The notes: generated by a model not told the origin, from the sequence alone. 64,000 bases of DNA from the human T2T-CHM13v2.0 reference genome, Homo sapiens (GCF_009914755.1 NC_060929.1); one strand, 5' to 3'. Counted from the stretch's first letter, positions 51,871 through 64,000 are shown. Program-made: numbers and translations.

Positions 51871-52971
51871 GTTTGTAAGTGCCTTAATTTTCCTTATTAC
51901 TCTCATTTTCCTTTTATGTTTTTGTTTTAATCTCACACTCTGTTGGGATTGGGATTTCTTTTATAAGCCATGCTCTTTTGTTCTCTGCACTTCTAGAACT
52001 GCCCTGCTAGTGTATGGTCTGGGGGTATGAAGGCTCAGGACTAAAACCAGAAAAACAGAGGTAACATCTAATAGCTAGAGGCTCTAAGAGGGAAAATGCT
52101 TCAGTTAGGAGGCATAGAAGAGGCTACTAAATAAAATGTTAGTGGTGTAATATTATTCTTCTGGAAAAAATATGGCCATATAGTCAAGACAAACACAAAA
52201 GAGGGACACAAACCTGAAGGAATCAAGCCAAAAAGGTAAAATCCCAGAACAAACTGAGGCTCGTGAAAAGTGGTAAGGGCAAAAACCAAGGGCTCTTAGG
52301 AAGCTACACAGGGATTAAGAGCAACGAAGAAATAAAGGCCAGGAGCAGATGATGTAATGTTGACAGACAGCAAGACAAGCAGCACTGCTCATTTCCTGTT
52401 TTACTTCCCTACTCCATCAGGGAGAAGGATCTCCAAGCTGCAAATTTATAGAATAAACATTTCTTAAGGAAAATGTAATCCAAAGATGAAGTTGGGGCTT
52501 GGGAAAGATCTATTTGCACAGTGAGTGCGGCTTTTAAGACCAGAAGAATTACATTACAGAGCACCCCAAATTGGCACTGGAGTTGCAAGGGTTGTTGGTT
52601 ATCTTTAAGGGCTATGGAGAAAGAGGTGCCAAATGACCAGAGGCAAGCAAATCTCTTGATTTTTCTTTAAGTTTGTTTTTAAAAAACCACTGCTCTGAAT
52701 ACCCTGTAGAATCCTAGAAGAGATGACAATTCATTTGGAGAAAGGAGTGTCTGTAAAGGAGTCAGCCCCTCCACAGGCTCAAGTACCTATTGGAGGCAAA
52801 GCTTAGAAGGATACATTTTTAGCTTAGACCCTTGGTGCCAGGCTGCCTGGTACTGGGAGATGGGTGGCTGGCTTACCTCGACTCCACTCAGAGGAAGGCC
52901 TTGCCAGAAAGACCCGGGAATGCAAACAATCTCCTGGCAACAGTGATCTCCTTTGCCCTGCCAATGTCTGG

Positions 52972-53043
52972 TGAGAGAGAGAGGTGGAGAGACAGAGAGA
53001 GAAGAAGAGAGAGAGAGAGAGAGACGCAAACACACACACACAC

Positions 53044-53074
<31 letters not shown>

Positions 53075-53160
53075 GAAAACAGAGTTAGGAGTGAAAGAGA
53101 GAGAACAGAGAGAGTCAGGGTAGGAGGGAGGGAGAGAGGCAGGGAGAGGGGAGGGGAAAA
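52972..53160. repeat. Compound (GA)n-(CA)n microsatellite followed by a GA/G-rich tract
   Basis: gagagagagagagagacgcaaacacacacacacacacacgcacacacac...gggagggagagaggcagggagaggggagggg. Confidence 0.93.
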
Positions 53161-53417
53161 GAGCCTGCTTCCCTACATTTGGTCTAGCATTTGGCTATTT
53201 GTTGACATCTGTGTCCCATCAATTTCTGAGTTGTTGATCAGAGTCCAAAGCAAAGGAATAGCTCAACAAGAGGAAAAATATGGGTTTGTCATACCATCCA
53301 GATCCCTCCCTGATCCTCTCAGCTGGTGATATTACCAGTAAAGAGACAGGGACTTCTGAGGAAGGTGGCTCTGACCACCAGGACCTCTGTAAAGACTTCT
53401 AATTGAACTACTTAAGG

Positions 53418-53659
53418 CAGAGGTTTTCAATAGGCAAGAGACAAAGGGGTGGAGCAAGATTTCCCCACAAGGGAAATTAAGAAATGCCTGGAGACACTTT
53501 GGTGGTCACAACTGAGGGGAAGGAATGCCACTGGCACCCAGTGGGTAGAGGCTGAGGATGCTGCTATAATTCCTACAATGCACAGGACAGCACCCACAAC
53601 AAAATCTTATCCCAAAATCTAGCCCAAAATATTCATAGTGCTGAGGTTGAGAAACCATG
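53418..53659 (+). mobile_element. MER20 hAT MITE
   Basis: cagaggttttcaa...tggagacactttggtggtcacaactg...ggtagaggctgaggatgctgcta...gaggttgagaaaccatg; near-TSD acttaagg/ttttaagg. Confidence 0.88.
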
Positions 53660-53719
53660 TTTTAAGGGGATTTAACACCAGAGGCCTCAGTGTCCAGTGC
53701 CCAGGGCCATCCAGTAGAG

Positions 53720-54410
53720 TCATTGGAACAAAGAGGACCTTAGAAATCATGGTTCCTTCCCTTTTTACAGGTGAAGTGTTTGAGGCTCAGGGAGTGAAGT
53801 GGCTTGTCCAGGGACCCAGGCCATGGATTGAGGTGATTAAGAGTCTTGGAGTAAGACAGACCTGGTTTTAAATCTCAGTTCAGTTACTTAACATCTGTGT
53901 GACTTGGACATATTTTTGATTTTGGACGAGTTACTTCACCTCTTGGAGCCTGAATTATCTGACCTGTTCAATGGGCATCCTATAATAAGTCCTGCAAAGC
54001 ATAATGTCAAGGAATATGTGAGAGGATGCATATAATAAATGACATCTCTAATTATGAGTAGTAGAGCTGGAGCCAAAATTTGGCTCCTGTCCTCAGTTCT
54101 GTTCCAGTTCCATTGTTTCACGTTAATACATCCCAAATCAGGACCACCCATCACTGCTGAGAGGCATGTAGTATGGTAATTGTGAGCTCTGCCACTTGGT
54201 CCAAGTGGATCAGGATTCGAAGTCCAGCTCTACCATTTTCAAGCTGATAAATAATCAACCTCCCTCTCAGCCTCAGTTTCCTTATGTGTAAAATGGGATA
54301 ATGCTATGATCTACCTTATAGGCTTCTGGTGGAAGTTAGAATCAGAACCCATATTAAACACTTCAGGCTAGAGTCAGAAGAGAGTAAGGACTCAGCATAT
54401 ATTAGTTATA
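53720..54410. mobile_element. Cluster of three MIR fragments (-, +, +)
   Basis: ttttacaggtgaagtgtttgaggctcag; gagttacttcacctcttggagcct; ctcagcctcagtttccttatgtgtaaaatgggataat. Confidence 0.7.
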
Positions 54411-55079
54411 GCTAATGTTTGTGGCAGGTTGTATTTTCCCCCAAATGGCTACCACAGCATCTCCCCAATCAATATACTCTTTTTACAATGTGACTGTAAC
54501 TCTCCTCCCCTCCAATAGAGGTGGGCAGTCTATGTTCTCTTTATTTGGATGTAGATAGACAAGTGGCTATGGGGCAAGTGATATTTTGTGACTTCTGGGG
54601 CTAGGTCATGAAAAATGATACACCTTTTTCCTGCATATCTTGGGATGCTCACACTTGAAACCCTGCCTCCATGCTGTGAGGAAGCCCAAGCCACACTGTG
54701 GAGAGGCCCATTTGAAGAGAAACTGACAGACAACACTAACTTGCCAGCCGTATGAATGAGCCATCTATAAGTGGAACCTCCAGTTCCAGGCAAGCTACCC
54801 CAGCTGATGCCGGCTGGAGAGAAGTGAGCTGGCTGCACTGAACCCTGTTCAAATTGCAGATTAATGAGCAAAACAAATGATCAATGTCATTTTAAACTGT
54901 CAGAGGTATTCAAACCAGAGCAACTCCATCTTGAACAGGGGCTTGGTAAAATGAGGCTGAGACCTCCTGGTTCCCAGGAGGTTAGGCATTCTTAGTCACA
55001 GGATGAGATAGGAGGTCAACACAAGATACAGGTCACAAAGACCCTGCTAATAAAACAAGATGCAGTAAAGAAGCAGGAC

Positions 55080-56149
55080 AAAAGAGTTCATGACCAAGAA
55101 CCCAAAGGCAAATGCAACAGAAGCAAAGATAAATGATGGGACCTAATTAAGCTAAAAATCTTCTGCACTGTAAAAGAAATAATCAGCAGAGTAAACAGAA
55201 AACCTACAGAGTGGAAGGAATATCTTCACAAACTATGCATCCAACAAAGGACTAATATCCAGAATCTACAAGGAACTCAAACAAATTAGCAAGAAAAAAA
55301 CAAATAATACCATAAAAAATTAGCCTAAGGACATGAATAGACAATTCTCAAAAGAAGATGTACAAATAGCCAACAAACATATGAAAAAATGCTCAGCATC
55401 ACTAATTATCAGAAAAATGCAAATCAAAACCACAATGAAATACCACCTTACTCATGCAAGAATGACCATAATTAAAAAATCAAAAATAATAGATGTTGGC
55501 ATGGATGTAGTGAAAAGGGAACACTTTTACACTGCTTGTAGGAATGTAAATGAGTACAACCACTATGGAAAACAATGTGGAATTCCTTAAAGAACTAAAA
55601 GTAGAACTATCATTTGATCCAGCAATCCCACTACTGGGTATCTACCCAGAAGAAAGGAAGTTTTTATATGAAAAAGACACTTGTACACACATGTTTATAG
55701 CAGCACAATTCGCAACTGCAAAAATATGGAACCAGTCTAAATGCCCATCAACCAACAAGTAGCTAAAGAAAATGTGACATATATATCATACACATACACA
55801 TACATATATTATGGAATACTACTCATCCATTAAAAGGAACAAAATAATGGCATTTGCAGCTACCTGGATGGAATGGGAGACCATTATTCTAAGTGAAGTA
55901 ACCCATGAATGGAAAACCAGACATCATATGTTCTCACTTTTAAGTGGGAGCTAAGCTATGAGGACGCAAAGGCATAAGAATGATATAATGGACTTTGAGG
56001 ACTTGCGGGGAAGGATGGTAGGGGGATGAGTGTACAGTGTACACTGTTTAGGTGATGGGTGCACCACAATCTCGATCAGAAATCACCACTAAAGAACTTA
56101 TTTATGTAGCCAAAAACCATCTTTTTCCCCCAAACTATTGAAATAAAAA
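55080..56149 (+). mobile_element. 5'-truncated L1PB-type LINE (ORF2 C-terminus plus 3' UTR)
   Basis: ORFs 55333-55590 ([26 protein letters not shown]) and 55550-55762 (FDPAIPLLGIYP...MFIAAQF); 3' UTR gctaagctatgaggacgcaaaggcataagaatgata; AATAAA 56142-56147. Confidence 0.92.
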
Positions 56150-56434
56150 TATATATTGCCAATATCTTCCCCCATGCTGTGACTTTTCACTGTTCTAACG
56201 GTGCTTTGATAAATAAAGTTTAATTTTAAAGAAAAAAAAAGAAGCTGGCCAAAACCTGCCAAAACCAAGATGACCACAAAAGCGACCTCTGGTCATCCTC
56301 AGTGCTCATTATACGCTAATTATATTGCATTAGCATGTGAAAAGACACTCCCACCAGGGCCATGACAGTTTACAAATGCCATCGCAATGTCTGGAAGTTA
56401 CCTTATGTGATCTAAAAAGGGAAGGAACCCTCAG

Positions 56435-56464
56435 TTCTGGGAATTGCCTGCCCCTTTCCTGGAA
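56435..56464 (+). promoter_or_regulatory. Tandem STAT GAS motifs in MER41B
   Basis: TTCTGGGAA 56435-56443 and TTCCTGGAA 56456-56464, both matching TTCNNNGAA; activity not shown. Confidence 0.6.
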
Positions 56465-57116
56465 ATCTCTTGAATAATCCACCTCTTGTTTAGCATATGA
56501 TCAAGAAATAAGCATAAAAATAGCCAACCAGCAGCCCTTGGGGTGGCTCTGTTCTTTCAGTAGCCATTCTTTTATTCCCTTACTTTCTTAATGAACTTGT
56601 TTTCACTTTACTCTGTGGACTTGCCCCAAATTCTTTCTTGCATGAGATCCAAGGACCTTCTCATGGGGTCTGGATTGGAACCCCTTTCCAGTAACAAACC
56701 CACTAAATGTTAAGACAGCTTGTTATGCAGCAATGGTTCAATATTATTTTTATTAATCTCCAAAAAGAAATTCTCCTTCTCCTTATATCATCTCTTAAGC
56801 CTCATCATCAACACCAAGAAGAAAACCAGACATAGTAGGAAATGTTGCAGCTTCTTGCCAGATCTCCTGTGATTCTTCTGTATATCTGGAGAAGATGATC
56901 AAACACCACTACCGGTTGAGGATGTGATATATGGAGATTCGGGAATCTGAGGGTTTATCTGGGGACATAGTTCAACCGATCTCTTTTGGGAGCAGGTTAA
57001 TTCCAGGGCCTGACAGGCTTCTTGAAACTTGTGAACAAGGTTCTCCAACAGCACTTACTCCAGTGTTATTTTTCCCTTCCCTTCTTCCTTGCTTTCTGCC
57101 GTGAGTGTGAGACATG

Positions 57117-57642
57117 TGTGGGAAGGAAAAACAACGTTCTCCTCCATTCTACGTGAGTTTTTAGCTGGGACTCCCTCTAATAAAAGACAGATTAACAAGA
57201 GAAAAGCAAACAAATGTTTAATAACACACACACCTCCTGTAGATCTCAAATTAGACTTTAGGCTTAAATATTTTGTTTCTCTGAAACAAAAAAAGGAGTG
57301 TATAGGAAAAGGCCCTATTAAGATGCAATGGCCAGGAAAAGCACCATAAACCAAGGGTAAGATTTTCTATGCAGATTTAAGTGGATGCCTTCTCCACTGA
57401 TGAAGAGTTTCTGATAATTTAGTAATCTTTCTCCTCCTGGTGCAGAGAGGGAGGCACCCTTAAAAATGGGAATTTCTTTTGTAAATGTAAATTTCTCTTA
57501 CAAAAAGACAACTTTTCAGAGCTACTGCTGTATCTGCAGTTTGTCAAAAGAACCACTTCAAATAATCCTTATGCCAAAGAAGCATATTTGAGGGTGGCAC
57601 ATTCTGGTCATATTTTGGGGTGGCATGTCCTGAATCCCATCA
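57117..57642 (-). mobile_element. Solo MER34/MER39-family ERV1 LTR
   Basis: aaaagacagattaacaagagaaaa...aaataatccttatgccaaagaagcatattt...ttttggggtggca; TG..CA ends; near-TSD catg/cata. Confidence 0.8.
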
Positions 57643-58010
57643 CATAAAAGGCCTTTTTTCCTCTTGATTTTATTCACTCCTTCATACCTTATTTATGGCT
57701 TTGAAGAATGTAAGGTGAGGATAGAGTAGAGTCTGATGGTGAATTGAAGAAGATTTTTGCCCTTCTTAGGAAAGCAAATGGAGTTGTTATATCCATAATT
57801 GTGCATACATGCTATGTCTGTGTGTCTGTCCATGTATGTGATAGAAGGAGTGGGAGAAGGAGTGCTACTGGGATTAGAAGTTAAAGAACTTCCCACTTTT
57901 CTTCCTGAGAACAGTAGTTGTTCAGATCCCTTTTATGTAGCCCCATTGGAAAGGTACCCAGTGTGACCACTCAGAGCCACAGATGACTAAACCCAACAAT
58001 ATGTCTTCTT

Positions 58011-58307
58011 CTTCTTTTTTTTTTTTTTGAGACAGAGTCTTGCTCTGTTGCCCAGGCTACAGTGCAGTGGTGCAATCTTGGCTCACTGCAACCTCCACCT
58101 CCCAGGTTCAAGCAGTTCTCTGCCTCAGCCTTCTGAGTAGCTGGGATTATAGGTGCCCACCACCATGCCTGGCTAATTTTTGTATTTTTAGTAGAGACGG
58201 AGTTTCATCATCTTGGCCAGGCTAGTCTTGAACTCCTGACCTCGTGATCCACCTGCCTCGGCCTCCCAAAGTGCTGGGATTACAGGCGTGAGCCACCGAG
58301 CCCAGCC
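58011..58307 (-). mobile_element. AluS (Sg-like) SINE
   Basis: Antisense dimer with gacctcgtgatcc; TSD caacaa(t/g)at(g/a)tcttctt at 57994-58010 and 58308-58324. Confidence 0.95.
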
Positions 58308-58345
58308 CAACAAGATATCTTCTTGAGGGGTGAGTAAGCAGGGCT

Positions 58346-58783
58346 TGTAAACCAAAAATTATCTAACACAGGTCTCAATCAATTTAGAAGTGTATTTTGC
58401 CAAGAGTAAGGACATGCCCAGAAGAAGAGAACACAGAAATCACAGAAACAGTCTGTGGTCTGTGCCTGTCTCCAAAGATGAATTTGGGGGCTTCAATATT
58501 AAAAGCAGAAAACTAGACTGGAGGGGAAAGAGGGAGGGTATGCTAATCCACATGTTGTAAGACAAAGGAGAAGGTAGGGGAACAGTCAACTATGTATTCA
58601 TCTCATGCTCAGTAAATTGGCACCTTATATAAGGTAAGGTGAACATAGAGTTATCACCTGTGGAGATATTTAACCTTTAACTGTAGCTCTCTGCTTAGGA
58701 ACAAAAGGAAAGGCAGTTTCTTGCATGACTCGGCTTTCAGCTTAATGTTTTTTTCTTTTGGCAAAGTGAATTGGGGTCCTGAG
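58346..58783 (-). mobile_element. MER4A-like ERV1 LTR
   Basis: tgtaaaccaaaaattatctaacacaggtctcaatcaatttagaag...tccaaagatgaatttgggggcttcaatat...gtgaattggggtcc. Confidence 0.82.
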
Positions 58784-60689
58784 ATAAGTAAGAAAGAACT
58801 CTATGTTTTATTCACAAGACAAACTAGCCCTTCTAGGTGTTTTACCAAAAGGATGAAATGGTAATGAGCTACTGGCTCCCTCCCTCTGGGAACTTCATAG
58901 GCTGGATGCTGAAGATGACCCCATCTCTCTTGGGGCAGGTGTCCAAATCTGGGAACCCAGGCTAGGGGAGGGGCAGACAGATACTTGCTGGTTTCTGGAA
59001 AAAGGACAGTATGTTAGATGCACAGCTTTCTCCAGGATCACATAGGAGACTTCTACAGTTCTGAAAGCTTCGTGTGCCCTGTCCTCTGCCTCCTCAACCT
59101 GTGTATCTTCCCCCTTCCTTTGGGGGAAAGAACCACAGGAAGAACTAAAGGAGAGCTCTGGGTTCTACTCTAGAGTGTGCTCAAGAGAAACAAGTAGGAA
59201 GTGGACTTGATACTTAGTATTCCCCAGTGACCTTAGCATTGGAACCCCACTTTTGGAAATGCCTGGGAGAAAATGTTAGAGTAGCTGAAGGATGCTTTTA
59301 GTCTTCAACAGAAAGCAGCTGTGTGTTTCTCAGTGCCCTTCTGGGTCCAGTTGTTACAAAGACTCAGCCTAGCACCTTTACTTCTGCAAAGTGGTGTTTG
59401 AGTCATTTGTCATCAGATGCACTTAAGGTAGGAGCTGTTTCCTGGCCTCCTCTTCTTAGCTCTTCCTGTACAAAAAAAAAAATTGGCATGTTTCCTAATG
59501 ATGTTATTAAAGAATGATTTCAAGCATGACACTGGCTATCACTTACATAAGTTATGAAAGTCAAGAATCTGGCCCATGAAAGGTATCCAGCAAGGCTGTT
59601 ACTGAAAGTGGTACAATTCAGTGTTTTAGAAGGTGGCTAAATGATCTGTGAGCTGAATGGGGCAGTGTGGTGGGAAGGAGGGGCCTCTGTTATGTCACTA
59701 GGGGAGGAAGAATGTGCCAAGGGAGGCTGCCATGGAGGGGACTGAACTGTGACTCATGCCAATGCTGGTGGGCTTGTTGGCAGAGAAGGGAGATGCCCCT
59801 GTCCTCTGAATGCTGGATGCTTTCCAGTGTCCGACCCTCTTTGCTGGGTCACAGTGATTTCATTTTTTTTTGGCTTTTTATAGTTGGCTGTGAAAATAGC
59901 CTTTCACCTTCAATGAATCACATTTAAAGCAGACAGGGAGTATAGGAGAGTAATGAGATTAATTGGCCTCCTTTTGGACTTCCTGGTAAGTCCAAGGGGC
60001 AAATTTGTGATGTGTCACCAGCAGCAACACTTTGTTTGTTGATCTTTGGACAGAAATGACAAAGCAAATACCTTTGAGGAAGGCAAAAGGGAAGCAAGTT
60101 GAGGAGATCCCTTTTCACTCCACTAGCTGGCTGCTAATCTCGGCACGCAGGTCAGATTGAACTGGAGCTGGGACATGGTCTGAGGATGCTTGGCTTAACC
60201 TCTGTTGGCAGAGGCCTGCCATGCTTGGCTGCCGCAGGAGGCCAGACTTTTCCAGAGAGTGAGGCTGGACTCAAGCATGATGGGAGGCTCCTTATCTGCC
60301 CCCACCAGGGTCTTGGGGCAAAGCCAAGCTGCTTACACCATGTGACTGGGAATGGCAGTGACTCAGAGGGAGCAAGCTAGAAGGGAGGAAGTGCTGGTGT
60401 CCTCAGCCATTGTTAGGGAAGAACGGAGGAGCCCAAGAGGAAGGCTCCAGCGCTGAGAGGACCACAGGCCTGAGGCAGTTGCCTAGCAACGGTACCCAAG
60501 CGCCTCCCTCCACCAGCCTGTCAGCAGCGTGAGGCCTCTTACCAGCTCCTACCCTCCAGTTCCTTCCTTCAAAGCCGCCCTCTATATGCCTTTTCACCAA
60601 ATTCCACCTGAACAGAAATGATCCTGGGGGTGTGGGTCAGGGGGAGCCTCCAGACCACGGAATGTCTTAGAGAGCTGTGCTTTGTGTTG

Positions 60690-60985
60690 CTAACTGTAGT
60701 TAGGAACTCAGATGCCAGAGCCAGACCTGCATGCAAATTCCAGGGCCAACACTTGTTAGCTCTGTCATCTGGGGCAAGTTTCTTAACCTCCCAATGCTTG
60801 ATTTTCTCCATCCATAAACGATAGAGAAAGATAGTACCTATCTCAATTGGGGCAATTTGAGGCTTAGTGTGGATGGAAGGATGGACGGATGGATGGATGG
60901 ATGAGTAAATAGATAGACAGAAATAGAATCAATTAAAATAGTGCCTGGCACATAGAACGTCTACGTATGCGTTCATTACTAGTAG
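60690..60985 (+). mobile_element. MIR interrupted by a (GGAT)n repeat (60870-60903)
   Basis: gggcaagtttcttaacctccc...ttttctccatccataaa; ggatggatggatg; agtgcctggcacatag. Confidence 0.72.
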
Positions 60986-61404
60986 TCCTGGAGGACAGTT
61001 GGACACAAGCACTTGCTCCCAGGTGGGGCAGAGGAGCTGGGGAGGGAGCCCCAATCTCCAGTTTCATGATGGCGTGTGGTACTGGAATATCTGCTTCCAG
61101 GCCACTGTTCTAACAGTGGCTTGCTGTGGGCTCTTGGGCAAGCAGCAATTTTCCCCTTGGAGGATGGACTGAAAGGGTCTGGATTTCCTCAACTTCTCCT
61201 TGCCTTGTAGCATCCTGGATGTGACTGAGCTGAGTCACCTCTGTCTCCGCAGCTATGGGGGGATTAGAAAATGTGACAATAGGAGGGGGTTCCAGCTGAG
61301 CCCCAGAGGGAAGGTTTGGGTGAGCAATGGGTGAATAGTCTCAGATGGGGGGTGTTTAGTCCAGACCTGGGAAGGGGCAGGCAGCCAGGCTCATACTGGT
61401 ATCA

Positions 61405-63915
61405 TCTTGTATTTATTTTTGTAGTTGCTCTAGGTGTTATGTATCCATTATATATACCTACCTAACTTCTCACATTCTATTTAAATTTCGCATTTTACCA
61501 CTTCGAGTAGAATGTAGAAATCTTAAACCATGTATGTTCCACACCCTCCTCCTCCCTTTATGTTATAATTGCCATATATATTACACCTATATGCATTGAA
61601 AACTCTCCCTTCCAACAATGTTTTAATTTTGGCTTCCAATAGTCATACATATTTCTAGAGGACAAAATGGTTTATTATATTTACACAGATGTGTTTACAA
61701 TTTCTGTTGCTCTTTCTTCATTCCTGAAGTTCTGATTCTCCCTCTGGGGTAATTTCCCTTCAATCTGAAGAACTTCCTGTAACTTTCTTTTTAAGTAATT
61801 TTTTTTTTTTTAGACAGAATCTTGCTCTGTTGCCCAGGCTGGGTAGAGCGGTGTGATCTCAGCTCACTGCAGCCTCTGCCTCCCAGTTCAGGTGATTTTC
61901 CCACCTCAGCCTCCCAAGTAGCTGGGACTACAGGTGTGCACGTCCACGACCAGCTAATTTTTGTATTTTTAATAGAGACAGGGTTTCGCCATGTTGGCCA
62001 GGCTGGTCTCGAACTGCTGGCTTCAAGTGATCCACCCGCCTCGGCCTCCGAAAGTGTCGGGATTGCAGGCATAAGCCACTGCACCTGGCCTAAAGTAGGT
62101 TTATTGGTAATGAAATTTGTTAGTTTTCTTCCGTCTGAGAACGTCTTGATTTCATGGGATACAGAATTATGCGTTGACAGTTCTTTTCTTTCTAGCTTGA
62201 AAAAAAATACACGGTCAATTAAATTGTTAATCTATATGCAATGTGTCATTTTCTCTGGCTGGTTTTGATATTTCTTCAGCCTTTGGTTTTCACAGTTTTC
62301 TTCTGATGGTTTTATTTGCATTTGTCTTGTTTGTGGTTCCCTGAGCTTCTTATTATCGGCAAATTTATGTCTTTCACTGAATTTGGGAAATTTCTGTAAT
62401 TATTTCTTCAAATATATTTTTTTTTCTGCACCAATTTGTGTCTCCTCTTTTTTAGGGACTCCAGTCACATGCATGTTAAACTTTTCATATTGTCCCACCC
62501 CACAGGTCCTGAGTCTCTGGTCATTTCTTCAACCTACTTTCTCCCTGTCCTTCAGATTGTATCGTTTCTAATTAGTTTCAGTTAATGGACTCTTTTTTCG
62601 GTCATGTCGACTTTTTTGAAGACGGACTCCAACTTTGAGTCTATCTGGTGAATTTTTTATTTCAGATATTGTATTTCTTATTCTAAAATTCCATTTGGTT
62701 CTCTTGTTATGATTTCTGTTTCTCTTCTGAGAACTTTCCATTCAATTCAAGAGTGCTCCCTTTCTCCTCATGAAGAATGGTCATAATAGATGTTTCAAGG
62801 TCTTTATCGGTAATTCCAATATCTGGGTCATCTCGAAGTTGTCACTGGTTGATTGACTCGAGAATTAGATTTTTCTGGTTCTTGGCAGGTTGACTATTTT
62901 CGATGATATCCAAGACAGTTTATATTGTGTTGTGAGACTCTGGGCCCTGTTATACTTTGTTGTGAATCTCTGGGCCCTGAGATTCTCCTCTGGATAATGT
63001 AGAGGTTGTGTTTTGGCAGGAAATTACACCAGTCAGGCTTAGACTGTGAGTTCTGTCTCACCTTCTGTTGGTGGGTGGTACCAATGTCCATACAGTTTTG
63101 AAAGCTGTGCTTTTGGGGGAAGCCATTGAGGCTTAGTTCTCAGAGCCTTTGCTATACTTCTTGGGGTGTGTTCTACATATGCACAATTGTCTGTGAGCTC
63201 AGGATTTGTGACAGCTTACAAAAAATGGGGGATCTCCTATTTCTGCTCTCTCCTCCGAATGATTTTTCTCACACTTTCCAGCATCTGGAGTCTCCTTTTT
63301 GGAGTCCTCTCACTAGAAAGATGGAGTTTGCCTCTGAATTATATTCATTGAAGCAGGAAATAGGTGAGAGAGAAATAATAGGAAGTCCCCCTACACTTTG
63401 CACGACTGGGGCGCCTCTCCTCAGCTCCTATGTCTGGAGGGGTGACTCTTCTCTCAGAACTTCAGATGCCCACCACACCACCACATTTGGCAATTGTGCT
63501 ACTATGGGGCAGGGACTGGCTTCCAGGAAGGGCTTTGAGAGAAAAAAGAGAAAACAAAACAAAACAAACCCTGGATTCTCCTTACAGTCTCCAGCTTACA
63601 GGGGCTGCTTTTCCTAATCCTCTGGCCAGAAAGACAGGCTTTCCTCAGGGTTGGGCTTTTCATGGCATGGCACATTTTCTTGATTTGGCTTGTCCTTGGG
63701 TCAAACCTAGTAGACAAAGGAAGGAAAAAGAAACCAGGAAACTCACCATGGCTGTCCTGGTAGTCCTTCAAGTTTTGATTTGCCTTCCTATTTCAACTAT
63801 TATGATTTACTTTTATTTTTTAGAATCTTCAAGTGGCTGTATTTTCTATTTTGTTCAAGGTTTTATTGTAACCAGCAGGAGAGATAAAACTGTAGAAAGC
63901 ATATTCCATCTTGCC
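61405..63915 (-). mobile_element. Old L1M fragment (inter-ORF, ORF1 and 5' region), antisense, with Alu insert
   Basis: tttcccttcaatctgaagaacttcct, ctgagcttctt...atttgggaaatttctgtaattatttcttcaaatat, ttttatttcagatattgtattt. Confidence 0.75.
61799..62090 (-). mobile_element. AluJb-like SINE
   Basis: Antisense dimer with actgcagcctc, ttcccacctcagcc, ctggcttcaagtgatcc. Confidence 0.92.
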
Positions 63916-63942
63916 TAGAACTGAGAGCCTCTAGTAAGAGCA

Positions 63943-64000
63943 TTTTTTTAAAAAAACTTTTTATTTTGAAATAACTTTAGATTCACAAAATAGTTGCAAA
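63943..64000 (-). mobile_element. Start of another old L1M 3' end (runs off the window)
   Basis: aactttttattttgaaataactttagattcacaaaatagttgcaaa. Confidence 0.6.

Larger units (their letters stand above)
54898..56696 (+). mobile_element. Solo MER41B-like ERV1 LTR split by an L1 (pieces 54898-55079 and 56238-56696)
   Basis: tgtcagaggtattcaaaccagagcaactccatcttgaa ... cccctttccagtaaca; B-type segment gctcattatacgctaatt and tandem GAS block; near-TSD aaac/aacc. Confidence 0.9.
54420..56740 (+). mobile_element. MLT1G/H-like LTR split by MER41B (pieces 54420-54897 and 56697-56740)
   Basis: tgtggcagg...ccatgctgtgaggaagcccaagcca...caaattgcagattaatgagcaaaacaaatg, resuming cactaa...ttgttatgcagcaat. 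Confidence 0.82.

Noticed and set aside
63126-63918. Two ~160-aa ORFs
   Set aside because: Lie antisense within an old L1M region and show no recognisable domain.

Overview
Primate (human-like) nuclear DNA, intergenic or intronic, and mostly transposon-derived. I found no host protein-coding exon, RNA gene or CRISPR array, and the ORF-track entries I could assign are mostly repeat-derived. The main content is: a near-full-length but coding-dead HERV-L provirus (MLT2A-type LTRs, 23637-29893, TSD ATGTC, 3' LTR internally deleted); a ~6.4 kb L1MA-type LINE carrying a solo LTR; older L1, L2 and MIR fragments; nine Alus; many solo LTRs (MST/MLT1, MER66-, MER21-, MER41B-, MER34-, MER4-, LTR16- and LTR47-like); hAT MITEs; and microsatellites. 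The best leads are a three-layer nest (MLT1H > MER41B > L1PB) whose L1 seems to carry a 3'-transduced tag, an intact tandem STAT GAS pair in that MER41B, the asymmetric regulatory state of the two HERV-L LTRs, and repeat-poor islands dense in homeodomain/FOX/AP-1 motifs. I cannot support a claim of a new biological system. Subfamily names come from recalled consensus features, not a RepeatMasker/Dfam run, and boundaries without a TSD are approximate.
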